A DNA stretch of 64,000 nt, from assembly GCA_951406725.2 (NCBI GenBank), contig OX597822.1:82894001-82958000 (forward strand), written 5' to 3'. The DNA comes from Octopus vulgaris (Eukaryota). The notes beneath the pieces were generated by a model. That model made no database searches. It saw only the letters and a list, made by a program, of their open reading frames with translations, and was not told the origin of the DNA. This document shows, in pieces, positions 1 through 14,325 of this stretch; the stretch's first letter is position 1; each line of letters opens with the position of its first letter. The position numbers were made by a program, and so were the translations under genes.

Positions 1-706
1 AACCTGGGAGCAACAGTAGCTAAGAGGTGGTTCCACACTCCTCCAAAACACTGGAACTCCTGTACCAAAGTTCCATTACCTGATGCAATTTAAAGTGTTA
101 TTCTGGAACAGATTGTGTTCCTTGCAGAAGGCTAACTTAAAAATCTCATTTGTATTTCTCTGTCGAAACAGAGAACATATTTTGCTGTACCAATACTGGG
201 CTGTTGTTATATTTCATCAGACTGGCCAAACCGAACAGTTGTGATGTTGGCTCCACAGCCGGTGAATTGGAGAAGTGGTTGAACATAGGATAACAAATTA
301 TCCTGTGATATTTCGATCCAGAGTTCAATTCCCATCAAGGTACACATCACACTTCATCCTTCTGAAGTTAATAAAAAAAAATAATGAGGTTAAAGTAACT
401 GACGAGACCCTATTAGGTGGTACCCCACCGTGGTTGTGGTCCCTTATCTGAAACCAGTAAAAGAGTAAAAATAACTCAGTTAAATGGTTTCAAGTTGGAA
501 TGAAAATCAAATCAAAGATTTAAGTTTCTAAACTGAATCAGCAAAGGAAGATGGTGATTGGTTCTGGTGTTGGAGGGTGGGGTGGTGGTTGGTGTTAGGG
601 GTGGTTGGTGTTGAGGGGGGAAAACATAGGTTTAAGTTGGTTTGTCTAGAATATTCGTTTGATGTAATCACCCACCAAAATCTGTTTTTAACTCTGTTCT
701 CTTCAG

Positions 707-818
707 GTATGCCTCGAACAGGAATCTCACCTGGAATGCCGCCTCCTGGCATGCAGGGGCCTCTGGATCGGAAGCGGGCAGCGAATGAAGCAAGAGCACC
801 TCAGCAAATCTCTAAACC
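707..818 (+). CDS. SMARCD1: SMARCD/BAF60 coding exon (first in window; gene is 5'-truncated)
   Basis: ttcag|GT ATG...AAA CC|gtaagt; encodes (G)MPRTGISPGMPPPGMQGPLDRKRAANEARAPQQISKP, Pro/Gly/Met-rich like the BAF60 N-terminus; phase matches the next exon. Confidence 0.85.
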
Positions 819-1580
819 GTAAGTTTCTGGAGAGTCTCAAAAAGTTTCCATCTTAGTTGTGTAGATTTAGGGACGTTTTATTTGTGAAATTTTTTTTTCA
901 TTTGCATTGAATTAATTAATAAAACCAAAAATTAAATGACCATATTTTTTATGAAGGAGGACACAGGCTTCTTAGACTTGTAGGAGTGGGGTGTGTGTGT
1001 GATATGGTTGTGGAACCCATCTTCCACTGTTGCTGCAATAAGAACATAATCATCATCATCATCATCGTTTAACATCTGCTTTCCATGCTAGCATGGGTTG
1101 GATGGTTTGGCTGGGGACAGGCTCCAATCTGATCTGGCAAAGTTTCTACAGCTGGATGCTCTTCCTAATGCCAACCACTCTGAGAGTGTAGTGGATGCTT
1201 TTTATGTGCCACCAGCACAAGGGCCGGTCAGGCAATACTGGCATGGATCACACATGAATGGAGCTTTTTATGTGCCACCGACCCAGGAAGCAGTCAGGTG
1301 GCACTGGCAATGACCACGCTTGAATGGTGCTTTTACATACCACTGGCACGAAGGCCAGTCAGGCGGTACTGGCATCGACCAGGCTTGAATGGTGCTTTTT
1401 ACGTGCTACCAGCACAGGAGCAAGTTTAACATCTTGTATTCTATGATTGTTTAACACATTTCTGCTTTTAAGATTATTTGCTGCTTAACCTTATAACTTC
1501 TTAAACTCTTGAGAAATCATTGAACATTATTTTTTTCTTTCTCTCTTTTTCCCTTCTCTTGTGATGGCTTTTGAAACCAG

Positions 1581-1623
1581 TAAAAAGAAAAAGAAGATAG
1601 CAGATAAAATTCTACCTCAGAAA
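1581..1623 (+). CDS. SMARCD1: SMARCD coding exon (43 bp)
   Basis: ccag|T AAA...CAG AAA|gtaagt; KKKKKIADKILPQK, conserved BAF60 motif. Confidence 0.95.
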
Positions 1624-1989
1624 GTAAGTTCTGTTTGACATACTCCATCAATATTTTTGTTTATTATGGAAAGTTAGTATCAAAAAAAAAATTTTTTTTT
1701 GAAGAAATTTCTTCAACCTTTTTCTGATTTATTTTTTTCTTTTTTAAATTTCATAGAAACAAAATAACTGAATTCTTAGGAACTAACGAAGGACGTATTT
1801 TCATTAAATGTTTTAGATGTTGAAAGTAAACTTACATCCATTCTGGAGGATTGTGTATGAAAATACAAATGCAATTAGTTTTAAAATAAACCCTACAAAA
1901 TTACTAAAATTGATTCCACTTGACTTTTTCCTTTCCAACAATTGGCTTTTGTTTCTGCTCAGAAAGAAATTACTTTTGTTACTTTTCAG

Positions 1990-2112
1990 GTTCGTGATTT
2001 GGTCCCTGAATCTCAAGCGTACATGGACTTGTTAGCATTCGAACGGAAATTAGATGCCACTATTATGAGAAAGAGGCTTGATATTCAAGAAGCTCTGAAG
2101 AGACCAATGAAG
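1990..2112 (+). CDS. SMARCD1: SMARCD coding exon
   Basis: [41 protein letters not shown]; AG/GT flanks. Confidence 0.97.
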
Positions 2113-2654
2113 GTAAGACTGGGGTATTGTATCCTTGCACCATCCTCAAATCATCATCATTGTTTACTGTCCACTTTTCCATCCCTGCATTGGTTACATG
2201 GAATTTGTGGAGACCGGTTTTCTGTAACTGGCTTCCCTTCCTGTAGCCAAACCTTGTTTCCAAGCAAGGTAATACCTCTCCTTGGCCAGACATGTTTTTC
2301 AGAGAAGACGGGAAATGAAAACACTGCATATATGACAGTGATGCACATTTACAACCATCACATGATGTTAAGACAAGGGGGCGCACATGCACACACACAT
2401 GCACTTTTTTCAGGCTTCTTTCTGTTTACGTCTACCAAATCAACTCTCAAGACTTTTGGTTAGCCGAGGGCCATAGCAGAAGAGTTATACCTAAAATACT
2501 GCTTAAGACAACATGGTTGTAAAGCAAGATTTTCAACTACAAAGCCATGCCCGCACTTATTAAATGCAGACTTCCTTTTTGCCTATGTTGTCAGTATGAA
2601 GACTAAAACAGTGTTTTCTAACAATTCCTTTTAAAACTATGTTTTGTTTTCCAG

Positions 2655-2717
2655 CAAAAACGAAAGCTACGGATATTTATCTCCAATACTTTTACTCCTG
2701 GGAAACCAGAAGGTGAG
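2655..2717 (+). CDS. SMARCD1: SMARCD coding exon
   Basis: QKRKLRIFISNTFTPGKPEGE; ccag| and |gtaagt. Confidence 0.95.
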
Positions 2718-3817
2718 GTAAGTAATTCTTCATGTTCCTCTTGCATATCATCATCGTTTAATGTCCATTTTCCATATTGGCGTAAGTTGAATGGTTTGAC
2801 AAGATTCATCAAGCCACAGGGCTGTGTTGATTGCCAGTGCCAGCTGGACACTCACTCTTCCTAATGCCAACCATTTTACAGTGTGTACTGAGTGTTGTTG
2901 AGCGTTTTGCTTTGTTTCTTCAACTGGCACTACGGAGCTTCTCAAGTAACTTGCAAAACAGGAAAAGAAAAATGAAAGCATCTTCTTGATTAAGTGTGTG
3001 TGTGGGGGGGAGGGGGAGCATTTGTGAGGAGTTGGTGGCTTAATGCCAGGTGTTGAAAAGCTCGAATATAACAGGACAAATACAGGTGTCTTGTTACAGG
3101 GAAGATACATGGCTACTTCTACATAAGGGTGGGTGGGAGTAACTAGGAAGAAAATAAAAATGGTAGTGATGGGGTGCCAGAGCCAACTCTCGAGGTACAA
3201 GAAGGTGAGACTAAGGGAGGATGTGGGACAGTAGATCAGAATGAGGAAAAGAGCATGGGTGAGTTTCATAAGAGCGTGAGGAGAGAGAAACAGATGGTTA
3301 GAGAGAGGGGTTGAGGTGAATGTAGTGAGTGACGAACAAGTGGGGAGGCGAGGGTTTGATGGGAAATATAAGAATGGGACAAAGGGATAAGGTGAGAGAA
3401 ATAGGAATGGCTCAGGAATGAGGCTAGATCAGAAAGTTGGGGGATAATCATATCTGATCAGTTCAATATTGAACTTATTTCATTGAATTTTGTTACTTGT
3501 TTGGTGTGGAGGAAGGAGCAGTGCTCTCCCCCAAATTCGAGGCTTTATGTTTGTATTAAAAACATCATTTTTATAAAGTAACTAATTTTTATGGAGAATT
3601 AACAACTGGTAGATCATTGTTTTGTGATAGTTTGTTTTGTCCACTTTGTTTTGGGTGTAAATCTGTGACATCATCCTGTATTCCTCTTGTGTTGATCAAA
3701 TTAGTAGCTGTAATATAGTTGTTTGAGGATTCATTTTAAGAGTATCACAGAACATTATTTGTATTATTTGTCTATTTTCATACAAGATAATAATGAAGAT
3801 TTTCTGCTCTTTTACAG

Positions 3818-3877
3818 GATGGTGAGGAGTCAGTGTCATCATGGGAATTACGTGTAGAAGGACGCCTTTTAGATGAT
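3818..3877 (+). CDS. SMARCD1: SMARCD coding exon
   Basis: DGEESVSSWELRVEGRLLDD; acag| and |gtaagt. Confidence 0.95.
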
Positions 3878-3894
3878 GTAAGTAATTGTTGTTA

Positions 3895-4950
3895 TGGTGG
3901 GCTGGTGGAATCGGTAGAGCACCAGACAAAATAGCTGTAGTATTTAGTTACAGCTCTTTATATCTTGAGTTCAAATCCAATCAAAGTCAACCTTGTCTTT
4001 ATCCTTCTGGGGCTAATAAAATAAGACACCAGTTAAATACTGTGGTTTACTTAACCAATTAATGGTGCTGGTTGAATTTGTGGCATTGTGTCTGTGTTAG
4101 AAATTGTTAGTATACCAAACAGAATACTGCTAAGCATTTTGCCTGTCTTTACATTCTGAGTTTCAAGTTCTGCCTAGGTGGACTTTGTCTTTCATCCTTG
4201 TGGGGTCGATAAAATAAGTACCAGTTGAACACTGGGGTCGATGTAATCGACATAACCCCCTACCCTGAAATGGCTGGTCTTGTGCCTGAGCTGGCGGAAT
4301 TGTTAGCACACCAGATGAAATGCTTAGTGACATTTCATCTGTGCTTGTGTTCTGAGTTCAAATCCCATTGAGGTTGGCCTTACCTTGCATCCTTTCGGAA
4401 TCAATGAAATAAGTTCCAGGTTACGCACTGGGGTTCATATAATCAACTAGCCCCTCCCCCTAAATTTTAGGCCTCATGCCTTTAGTAGAAAGGACTTTTA
4501 TTATTGTTGTTGTTATTATTATTATTATTATTAAGGCAGTGAGCTGGGAGAGTTGTTAGCATGTCTGGCAATATGCTTAGCAGTATTTTGTCTGTTGCTA
4601 CATTCTGAGTTCAAATTCTGCCAAGGTCAGCTCTACCTTTCATCCTTTTGGGGTCGGTAAATTAAGTACCAATTGCATACTGAGGTCGAGCTAACCGACT
4701 GCCCCCCCCCCCCCATTTCTTTATTATTATTATTGGCAGAATCATTAACATGATTGGCAAAATGCTTCATGGCTTTTGTCCATCTCTATGTTCTAAGTTG
4801 AAATCCTGCCAAAGTGAACTTTGGTACTTTATTGTATTGACCCCAAAAGGATGGGAGACAGTCAAGTATTAAGTACAGTGTAATTGATTAATCCCTCCCA
4901 CAAAATTTCAGGCTTTGTGCCTATAATAGAAAGGATTATTATTATTATTA
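3895..4950 (+). mobile_element. Head-to-tail cluster of ~5 Meta/MESC-domain-type tRNA SINE copies
   Basis: Repeated gagctggcrgaat..ttagca..ttctgagttcaaat..cctttcatccttt.ggggtcgataaa.taagtaccag units with (ATT)n tails. Confidence 0.8.
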
Positions 4951-5310
4951 ATCTGATGTTAATGGAGCACCTGACTGAATGTTGTTCAGTATTTGTGACA
5001 CAACTTGAAAGTTTGATTATAAATGTTGATGGAGAACTTTCACCACTGCAATGTATCTAGTTTACTTCTCCATCAACTGCTGTACAATCATCCTTATTGA
5101 GATATTTTTGAAGTTGAGATGTTAAGTATAAATTTTCCGTCTGTTGTTTCCCCTGTGCAAAGCAACCAAAAGCCGACCAAAAAGGGCCATTATTAAGAAC
5201 TTGTGTGCTTGTTTCTCATATTGTGAAGAAAATCATTTTATTTTTACTTTCTATTTGTAGGATATAAAATTGTAATATTTGAGTAAATGTTTTTAATGTT
5301 TCTCTTTTAG

Positions 5311-5454
<144 letters not shown>

Positions 5455-6188
5455 TAAACCCTATCACATTACCATCATATTGACAATCAGTTTTGATTCA
5501 GGCATTCATAATCCCTGCTCAGTATCTTCTTTACAATCCTCGTTTTTACACATCTATTTTCTTTTGCAACTGGAGTAACCATAGTAACCATATGTCTCTC
5601 TACAGTAAGACATGTGTTCCTGTCCCTCTGTCATACTTTAATCTCATCAGCTGACATAAAATAACCACCCTCTACTATCCTCCTCTCTCTCCTTATTTTA
5701 GAGATTTTGTCTTGTGAGTTACTTGGTGACCTCACAAGTGCCAGGGGCCACATAAAAAGCACCCAAGAATACTCTGTAAAGTGGTTGGCATTGGAAAGGG
5801 CATCCACCTATAGAAACCATGCTAAAGCAGACATAAGAGTTTGGTGTAGTCTTCTGGCTTTACCAGTTTGGTCAAACTGTCCAATCCATGTTGATATGGA
5901 AATTAAACGATGACAATCTATTTTCCAGTTGCTAACGAGGTCTGCAGGCTTTTCAATTTAGTTCTGTCTTCTAACATGTCCTTTCTTAAAGATAGTAGTG
6001 TTATTTGAGGAAGAGTAATTGTTATTTCTAGCTGATATTAGTCAACTGTGTTGTTGTTCTTCTTCCCTATGTTATTAGTTGTTGTATCAGGTGTGGAACA
6101 CCTGATGCATGATTGACTCTCATTTGTCTCATGGAAAAATTGTTGTAAAAATCTAACAACAATGATTTTCTTGTTTTTTTTCTTGTAG

Positions 6189-6290
6189 TGGCATCGTACG
6201 CCCAACACTCAAGAGACGGATGGATTTCAAGTGAAGAGGCCAGGTGATAACAACGTTAAGTGTACTGTTCTTCTAATGCTTGATTATCAG
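6189..6290 (+). CDS. SMARCD1: SMARCD coding exon
   Basis: [34 protein letters not shown]; gtag| and |gtaaag. Confidence 0.97.
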
Positions 6291-7930
6291 GTAAAGCAAT
6301 GCTAATGGATTGCATCTTCTTACTTTCATTTTTGTTTCTGTTGATGATTCTTAATATTGTCTTCTTGTTATGAATATTGTTGTTCTTTTGAATTTGTTTG
6401 AATAACAAAGCTGGCTGTAATGTCAGCCAGGATTAAATGCCCTCCTTATCTTTTTTTCCTTTCTTTTTTATCATTTTCTCCCAAACCAGGCTTCAGGCCT
6501 CTGTGGTGTAAGGGACTACAAAAAAAAAAATGCTAAAAAGGGGGTCTATAAAGATTTCCATTGACAGGAGCTTGGATTTGGATTGCCCATGTTCAGTTTG
6601 CTGCAGGAGAAGGGCCTCAGCATCTTCTCTCCACCAATCACTTTCTGATGTGGAAGCTGTGAACTTAAGCTTGGAGATCATACTCGTTTGCTACACTGCA
6701 GTTTTTACATTTGTATCCAGGAGTTGTTAAGTTGATTACATTGACCCCAGTACTCAACTGGTACTTTATTTTATCGGCCTTGAAAGGATGAAAGGCAAAG
6801 TCGACCTTGGTGGGATTTGAACTCGGGATGAATTACTGCCAAGCATTTTGCCCAGTGTGCTAATGATTCTGGCAGCTCAGCACTGTAATGGAAGTATATA
6901 TCTGTTTTGCCTGCTGAGTGAACTGGAGCAACATGAAATAAAGTGTCTTGCTCAAGGTCGCAATGCACTGCCGGGAATCAAACTCTCAACCTTATAATAA
7001 TGGGCCTAACCACTGAGCCACTGCTGGGGACATTGTATGACATGCGATCTTCAAAAGTTGTAGGCTGTTCTCAGCTTTTCCATGTTATCCCAATCTACAC
7101 ATTCACACACTTGAGTCTGGTGTCAGTTGCTTCTGCTGTTGTTGTTGTTAATCTTCAATCTTGATGAAGCAGACTTACAGTCAAAGACAATCCAATCATA
7201 ACTCCCACCCCCTTGCAAATTTCTTTTCTGGATAGTGAACCCTAAACTACGTTAATGGATACCTCTTCTTAAGACTGCAGAGTGTTCTTAGGGAAATTTG
7301 GTCGCTATTTCTAGTGTAGTGTGCTGCTGCATTCATCACCGTTTGTCAGTATATTCTGGAGGTGGCCTGTCAAGAGTCCCCATCTCTGCCATGACCATGT
7401 GGCATGTGGTCAACCAAAACAAGTCGTCAACCCAGCTGGATCCTCAGTCAAGAGAACACGATAAGCAGGTTCTCACTCAGAAGATTGAGAAACCTGGCCA
7501 AGCAGTCTGGGCAGGAGCACTTAAACCATACAAGTAACGGGAAGGGTTCCAGTTTCTGAGCAGAGTCGTTGGTTGGATACAAAATCTGACCAATGATACC
7601 AGGACACTATTTCTAATGGAGCACTTAAAAAATATGAGACACTCATTGGCTTGGCTGAACAGTTGATGGGTTACTCGGTGGAAGCATCTTGTCTGGGAGT
7701 ATTTGTTGCTTCAGAAGTAGTGTAATGACGAAATGGTAAAGCGCAGTATTTAATTCTGTCTCTTTTTACGTTGAGACGAACTTTGCTTTCTGTTTTTAAT
7801 AAAGACTTTAAAAGTATTTTTTTATTCTTATGAGGCGGCGATCAATTCAGTTGATTGTCTAAATTTGTGGCCTTGCACCAGGGTTAGGAATAATTAACCC
7901 AATTCCTCATCTCTCTCTTTTCTAAAATAG

Positions 7931-8092
7931 CCAATGCAATTCAAACTTGATCAAAGACTGGCTCGTCTCCTTGGAATGCACACCCAGACTCGCCCTGTCA
8001 TCATCAATGCTCTCTGGCAGTACATCAAGACACACAAGTTACAAGACCCACATGAAAGAGAGTACATTAACTGTGACCGATATCTCGAGCAG
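7931..8092 (+). CDS. SMARCD1: SMARCD coding exon (SWIB/MDM2 domain)
   Basis: [54 protein letters not shown]; SWIB signature LWQYIK..KLQD. Confidence 0.98.
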
Positions 8093-8699
8093 GTGAGGCA
8101 TTTTGTCTTTTGTCTTCCTTTCTCTTTTTGGATTTATTTGTAGCATTTTTAAACCCTCTTCTTGGAAACCCAAGATTTATTTCTTCTGATTCATCAGCAG
8201 ATGGTTGTGTGTGTCTGTCTGTGTGTGTGGGTAGGTGTTATTGGCTCCTTAGGTTGACTTCAAGTGAGAGTTGTAATTGAATGTCACTGTCATGCAAGCT
8301 GGGTTCTTCATTTCCAATCTTCTGTAAAAGCATGTCTGGTTGTGAGCAAATATTAACCTTGCTTGGAAATAGGTGAGTGTTAGCGACAGGAGGGGCTTCT
8401 TCTGGCCATAGAAATTCAGCCTCAGCAAATTCTGTCTGATCCCTGTGAGCTTGGGAAAGTGGATATTAAAATGATGCTGATGTATTTTAAAGTGGCGTTT
8501 TATGTTCCTTTTGGTTGTGTCTCATCCTTCCCAGTTGTCCTTGGATTCCAAGATTGATAAGTACTAGACAAAGTACGGGGGTTGATATAATCAACCCTTG
8601 GGTGTGTGTTGACTGTGCAAAGCCCACAATCCATTGGCTGAAACCCATGAAACAATGTGTGTGTGTGTGTGTGTGTAAGTGCAAGCAAATCTTGTTTTA

Positions 8700-9531
8700 C
8701 ACTTTATTTGTTTGTCATTTGACTGTGGTCATGCTGGAGCACTGCCTTTAGTCAAACAAATTGACTCCTGTACTTATTCTCTGTAAGCCTGGTACTTATT
8801 CTGTCAGTTTCTTTTGCCAAACCACTAAGTTATGGGGACATAAACGCACCAGTATTGGTTGTCAAGCGATGGTGGTGGTGGGGCAAACATATACATACAT
8901 ATATATATATTATGTATATATTATATATCTGTATATATATATATGTATGTATATATATATATGTATATATATATGTATGTATATATTATATATATGTATA
9001 TATATATGTATGTATATATTATATATATGTATATATATATGTATGTATATATTATATATATGTATATATATATGTATGTATATATTATATATATGTATAT
9101 ATATATGTATGTATATATTATATATATGTATATATATATGTATGTATATATTATATATATGTATATATATATGTATGTATATATTATATATATGTATATA
9201 TATATGTATGTATATATTATATATATGTATATATATATGTATGTATATATTATATATATGTATATATATATGTATGTATATATTATATATATGTATATAT
9301 ATATGTATGTATATATTATATATATGTATATATATATGTATGTATATATTATATATATGTATATATATATGTATGTATATATTATATATATGTATATATA
9401 TATGTATGTATATATTATATATATGTATATATATATGTATATATTATATATATGTATATATATATGTATGTATATATTATATATATGTATATATATATGT
9501 ATGTATATATTATATATATATATATATTATA

Positions 9532-9571
<40 letters not shown>

Positions 9572-9574
9572 GTA

Positions 9575-9641
<67 letters not shown>

Positions 9642-9899
9642 CACATATACGCAGCGCTAAGCGTGTGGCAAGCTTTCTACGGCCGGATGCCCTTCCTGAC
9701 GCCATGGATGCCCTTCCTATATATATATGTATATATATGACAGGCTTCTTTCAGTTTCTGCCTGCCAAATCCACTCACAAGGCTTTGGTCAGCCCAAGGC
9801 TATAGCAGATGGCACTTGCCCAAGGTGTCACACCATGGGACTGAACCTAGAACCATGTGGTTGGGAAGCAAGCTATTTACCACAAAGCCACTTCTGTGC
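8700..9899 (-). mobile_element. tRNA-derived SINE (second family) with internal expanded TA minisatellite
   Basis: Tail gtcatttgactgtggtcatgctggagcac and head ccttgggcaagt/ggttctaggttcagtccc on the minus strand, homologous to the copy at 45550. Confidence 0.8.
8890..9640. repeat. (TA)n-derived 33-bp higher-order minisatellite
   Basis: Unit atatattatatatatgtatatatatatgtatgt repeated near-perfectly (11-aa periodicity in the ORF track), decaying to pure (TA)n. Confidence 0.9.
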
Positions 9900-9944
9900 C
9901 TATTTTTTTTTCTTTTAAATTATCTCTTAAACTCTTTTGTCTAG

Positions 9945-10042
9945 ATATTTGAATGCAAGAGAATGAAGTTTGCTGAGATTCCTTCCAAACTACACCCTCT
10001 TCTTATGGCACCGGACCCTATTGTGATAAACCACATTATTGT
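9945..10042 (+). CDS. SMARCD1: SMARCD coding exon
   Basis: [32 protein letters not shown](V); ctag| and |gtaagt, phase-2 end. Confidence 0.96.
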
Positions 10043-12129
10043 GTAAGTAAAGTTTAATGCTTTTTGCTGAGTTGCACTTTCCTGCTTTTCTCATTTCTCC
10101 TGTAATATTATCTGCAAGCATATTAAATTCACTGCAACTCCTTCAACATTTAAACTGGCTTTATCTGGCGCCAATATTCTATTTGTTTTTTAATGCTCAC
10201 TCCAGCCAGATCCAGCCTCTCACACTTACCTGACAATGTCATTTCATAACTAAACACCCACATTATCGAAATCTTGAAGTTACGAGATAATACATGATTA
10301 ATTCAAAACAATGTGAATAAATAATCATCACAATTGTTTGAATATTTTAAAAAGTTAAACCTGAAAAAAAAACCCTCATTATTTAGAACTTGCCGGTGGC
10401 TCTTTTCTAATAACAGGTCATTTTTCTTAGGTCCTGTCATTTTCTAGTATCAGCTACCTACTCATTTCATTTAACCTATTTCACATTGTCTAATTTAGGA
10501 ATTGGCAACTTTTCTCTAGAAATAAGCCACACCTGACATTCTTAATTATGCAGGCTGCAACACCAAAAAAAAACAAAAAAAAAAAAACAATTCAAGGTAA
10601 TTTCCCATTTAGAAAGTCCCATGGGCTGCAAGTTTGCTCATTTCGCTCGGCCATCTTCAGTTGTCTCCCTTGCACCCCCTGATTTTTTTTTTCTTCAAGA
10701 GCCAGCCCGCCCAAGTCTTATTTGTAACTTCCGTATTTTACAATCCAGTACACCATGTCATCTCTTCTTTCTTATTTTGCTTGTGTTTTACTACCACCTT
10801 AACCCCTTGTTTCGATTGTCATAGCTCAATTGCTGTTTTAACAATTTCTCTTTCATATTTTCTAGCGGACCTTCAGTGTATAATCGTGACCGGAAAAGTG
10901 TTGACAGGTGAGCATTATTTCACACCTGATCTGTTTTCTCTTTTGCTATTTCATTGGTGTTTGAAGGTTTTGTGGTAGAAATGGTCAGATGTAGTACTGT
11001 TCCTCTTTATTCCAACGTTGACTTAGCTTCTCATTAGTGCAAAGTTGGTAAAACAAATCATTATCTTCCTCTTAAAATGCGTGTGGTCTGCTGTCAGTGA
11101 AGGAAATTATTTTATTCTAATAATAAGAATAATAACAACTGACATTATGTTGTGCTTGAGAAGTGGACCCATCAAGCCAAGTAAAATCGTAGTTACGGCA
11201 GATACCAGTGTCACACAAATGGCACCCGTGCCAGTGGCACGTGAAAGCACCTTTCTAGCAATGGGCCTTTCACAGGCAAGTACCAAGATCATTTGGCATT
11301 ATGCTGTGCTTCGAGCGTTGGGCAGTGACTGAGTCCATTTGGCACAGTTGTGGCAAATTTCAGTGCCACACAAATGGCACCTGTGCTGGTGGCACATAAA
11401 AGCACCCATTACACACTCAGAGTGGTTGGCGTTAGGAAGGGCATCCAGCTGTAGAAACCATGCCAAAAACGGACTGGAGTCTGGTGCAGCTCTCTGGCTT
11501 CCCAGCCCCAGTCAAACCAGCCAACCCATGCCAGCAAGGACAACGGACGTTAAATGATGATGAATAAAATTGAAAATTGTATTTCCTAGTTGCCTAGTGG
11601 TCAGGATGTTGCACTCTTGATTTCAAAATTGTGGTTTCAATTCTGGGACTGGGTGGTGTGTTGTATTCTTGAGCAAAACACTTCATTTCATTTCTATCTC
11701 TTTATATAGAAATTAGAGCCAGCACTGAAAGTTGGGTTTTGTATACAAATATGTCTGTAAACAATGTGATCAGAAATAGACAAATAAGCAATGGGTGTAT
11801 ATGCATATTTCAAGAGTTACTGCTCCTTCTTCAACATCACATTTAACCATCCACAAATCATCATTGTTTAACGTTTGCCTTCCATGCTGGCACCAAATAC
11901 ATAGCTTGAATACCCACTAAGTTGAGCAGTGTAACACAATTGGATTGACCAATTTTATATATTGAACACATTCCTGACAACTGGCACGTATATATTAATT
12001 GCTGGTAGGGACACCATATTTTGTTGTGCAACCATTTCCTGTTGTTTCAGTCCACTCAACAGTTAACAACTATCTCTGAGATGGTCTGGTGTCTTGTTTA
12101 GGAGAAAACCTGAGATTTGGGTCATTTAT

Positions 12130-12345
12130 AACCTTTTCTACTCTAGGCACAAGGCCCACAATTTTGGGGGAGGGGGCCAGTCGATTAGATAGACCCCAGT
12201 AAGCAAGTGCTACTTAATTTATCGACCCAGAAAAGATGAAAGGTAAAGTTGGCCTTGGTGGAATTTGAACTCAGAACATAACGGCAAATGAAATACTGCT
12301 AAGCATTTTGCTTGGCGTGCTAACATTTCTGCCAGCTCACCGTCT
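12130..12345 (-). mobile_element. Meta/MESC-type SINE copy
   Basis: Reverse complement of the unit at 60550-60770. Confidence 0.8.
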
Positions 12346-12764
12346 TTGGGTCATTTATAACGCCATGGAAACCAGGTGACTGGTCCTATGTGTCCTAGGA
12401 CTTGAGACAGAAATGTCCAGGGGTTGATGATGTGTAACAGTTTGGTTCTAGAAGAACCTGGAGGGGTCATTGCATTGTCTCAGCATCTGGCTAATCAAAT
12501 TCCTACCATCTTAAAAGGAAAAGGACACATTGGAAATGTCGTCCTAGATGTATACTGCCTGAAGAAAAGAAGGAATGGTCATCACTTGAACATTTTTGAT
12601 TGTAAGGTCTTTGCAGTGAAGCATGACTTGTAGCATAAGGTTTTCCTCCATTGGTTAATCTCTGAAATATCCTTTCGTCTGGTTTGTCATAAACCAGACA
12701 TTTTGGTTGATAATAAAACTTCATCATCTGGGTATGAAATATTTCATCTCTTTTTATTTTCCAG

Positions 12765-12819
12765 GATGGATGGACCTGATGCCAAAAAAACTGCTTGTTA
12801 TGATATAGATGTGGAAGTG
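12765..12819 (+). CDS. SMARCD1: SMARCD coding exon
   Basis: (V)MDGPDAKKTACYDIDVEV; ccag| and |gtaagt. Confidence 0.95.
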
Positions 12820-13033
12820 GTAAGTTTATACATTTCGTTATTGTTGTTGATATTTTTTATATCACACACACACACACACACTTTTTATCAGTAATCAGCA
12901 GACATTACTGATTATTAATAACAAAATGTATACATACTTATGTTTTATTTTCCTGTTTACATCACCAAACACATACAAATATGTATGTATAAATTTTTGT
13001 ATATACATTTTCTGTTTCTATTTCCCTTTCCAG

Positions 13034-13114
13034 GACGACACATTAAAACAACAGATGAATTCTTTCTTGTTATCTACGCAAAGTCAACAAGAAATTGCTA
13101 CACTGGATAATAAG
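13034..13114 (+). CDS. SMARCD1: SMARCD coding exon
   Basis: [27 protein letters not shown]; ccag| and |gtaatg. Confidence 0.96.
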
Positions 13115-13757
13115 GTAATGTTTCTCTCCTTCAGCCTCTTTATCCATCCTTGAGCATTCCTTTTAGAAATATTTCTCCATATTTTGTTTGCTGTGCTCTT
13201 CTCTTTCTGACTCTGTCTGCTTTTTCGTTTCTTTTTTTCTCCCTTTCTCTGTATGCCTCTTTGGGTGTCCCTCTCTCTCTCTCTTACTATTTTCTGTGAA
13301 TGTCAAAAAAAAAAAAATGTGCCCACAAGAATACACACATCCACACACATTGAAGCTTAATGATAACTTGGACTCCTGCTCTCTCTAAATTCAAACATGC
13401 TTTTAAGTAACAAGTAGGTAATTATAAATCCCCCATGCTATCATGTATGCAGGTTCAAGTCTTTCAATGTCCATACATGTGTGCACTGCCTTATATTATG
13501 GTGCATGTTCAGTTTTCCATTATTGTTTTTAAAAGTGGTTTTCTGTTCTTCAGTTCCATACTAAATTCCATCTAGAATAATAATAAAAAAAAATAACTGA
13601 AGATTGTCCATTGTCACACCCTGCTAGAAATGAATCAGATCTGTGTAATTACACCTTACAATCTTAAAAGGAAAATAACTCATTTCTTTAAAAAGAAATT
13701 GCCTGCTAAGACTTTCTCTCCACAACTTGGATTTATTAGATTTCTTTCATTTCTTAA

Positions 13758-13955
13758 TCCTTTAGCATTCAGATTACTCTGAATGCAATGCGTATTTATT
13801 CGCATTGTTTTGAATTAATCATGCATTATCTCGTAGCTTTGAGATTTTGATGATGTAATTGTTTATTTTTAGGACCTTGTAGGGTAGATCTCGATTGTTT
13901 GAATGTAAAATGGGGAGTATTCGGGCAAGATATAGCTGGTTTAAGTGTTAAAGGG
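13758..13955. mobile_element. piggyBac-like MITE
   Basis: TTAA|tcctttagca...tgttaaaggg|TTAA; second diverged inverted copy at ~10135-10358. Confidence 0.7.
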
Positions 13956-14325
13956 TTAAAACACTTGACTGTCATTCAATCATCCATATTGTGGCTGTCA
14001 AACTTGATATTCACAGGCTTAATTGATCCCCCCCCCCTTCGTACTGATTGAATTTTTATTGATGTAACATGCTAATCATATGCAGATCAGTTCTCCTAAT
14101 CTCTTTCCATTGGCCAGTAAATATAAAACGTATACAACTACATTGTATGAAATGTGGAGAATTCAGGAAAATATGCCACTATCAAAGACAGGTTAATTCT
14201 GTTCCCATGTCTTAATTGCAGAAAACTAATTATACTCGGTTCTTGTGCTGTAATTGGTTCAGTTACTGTAACGAGTCCAGCAAACAGACAAACTGCACAG
14301 GTCAATGTTATCTGTTGTTGCTATA

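Noticed and set aside
1942-2463. 173-aa ORF as a standalone gene
   Set aside because: Only 1990-2112 is a SMARCD exon; the rest is intron read-through into repeat sequence.
8761-9805. ~300-aa ORFs rich in Y/I/C/M
   Set aside because: Translations of TA/TG microsatellite, which lacks stop codons.
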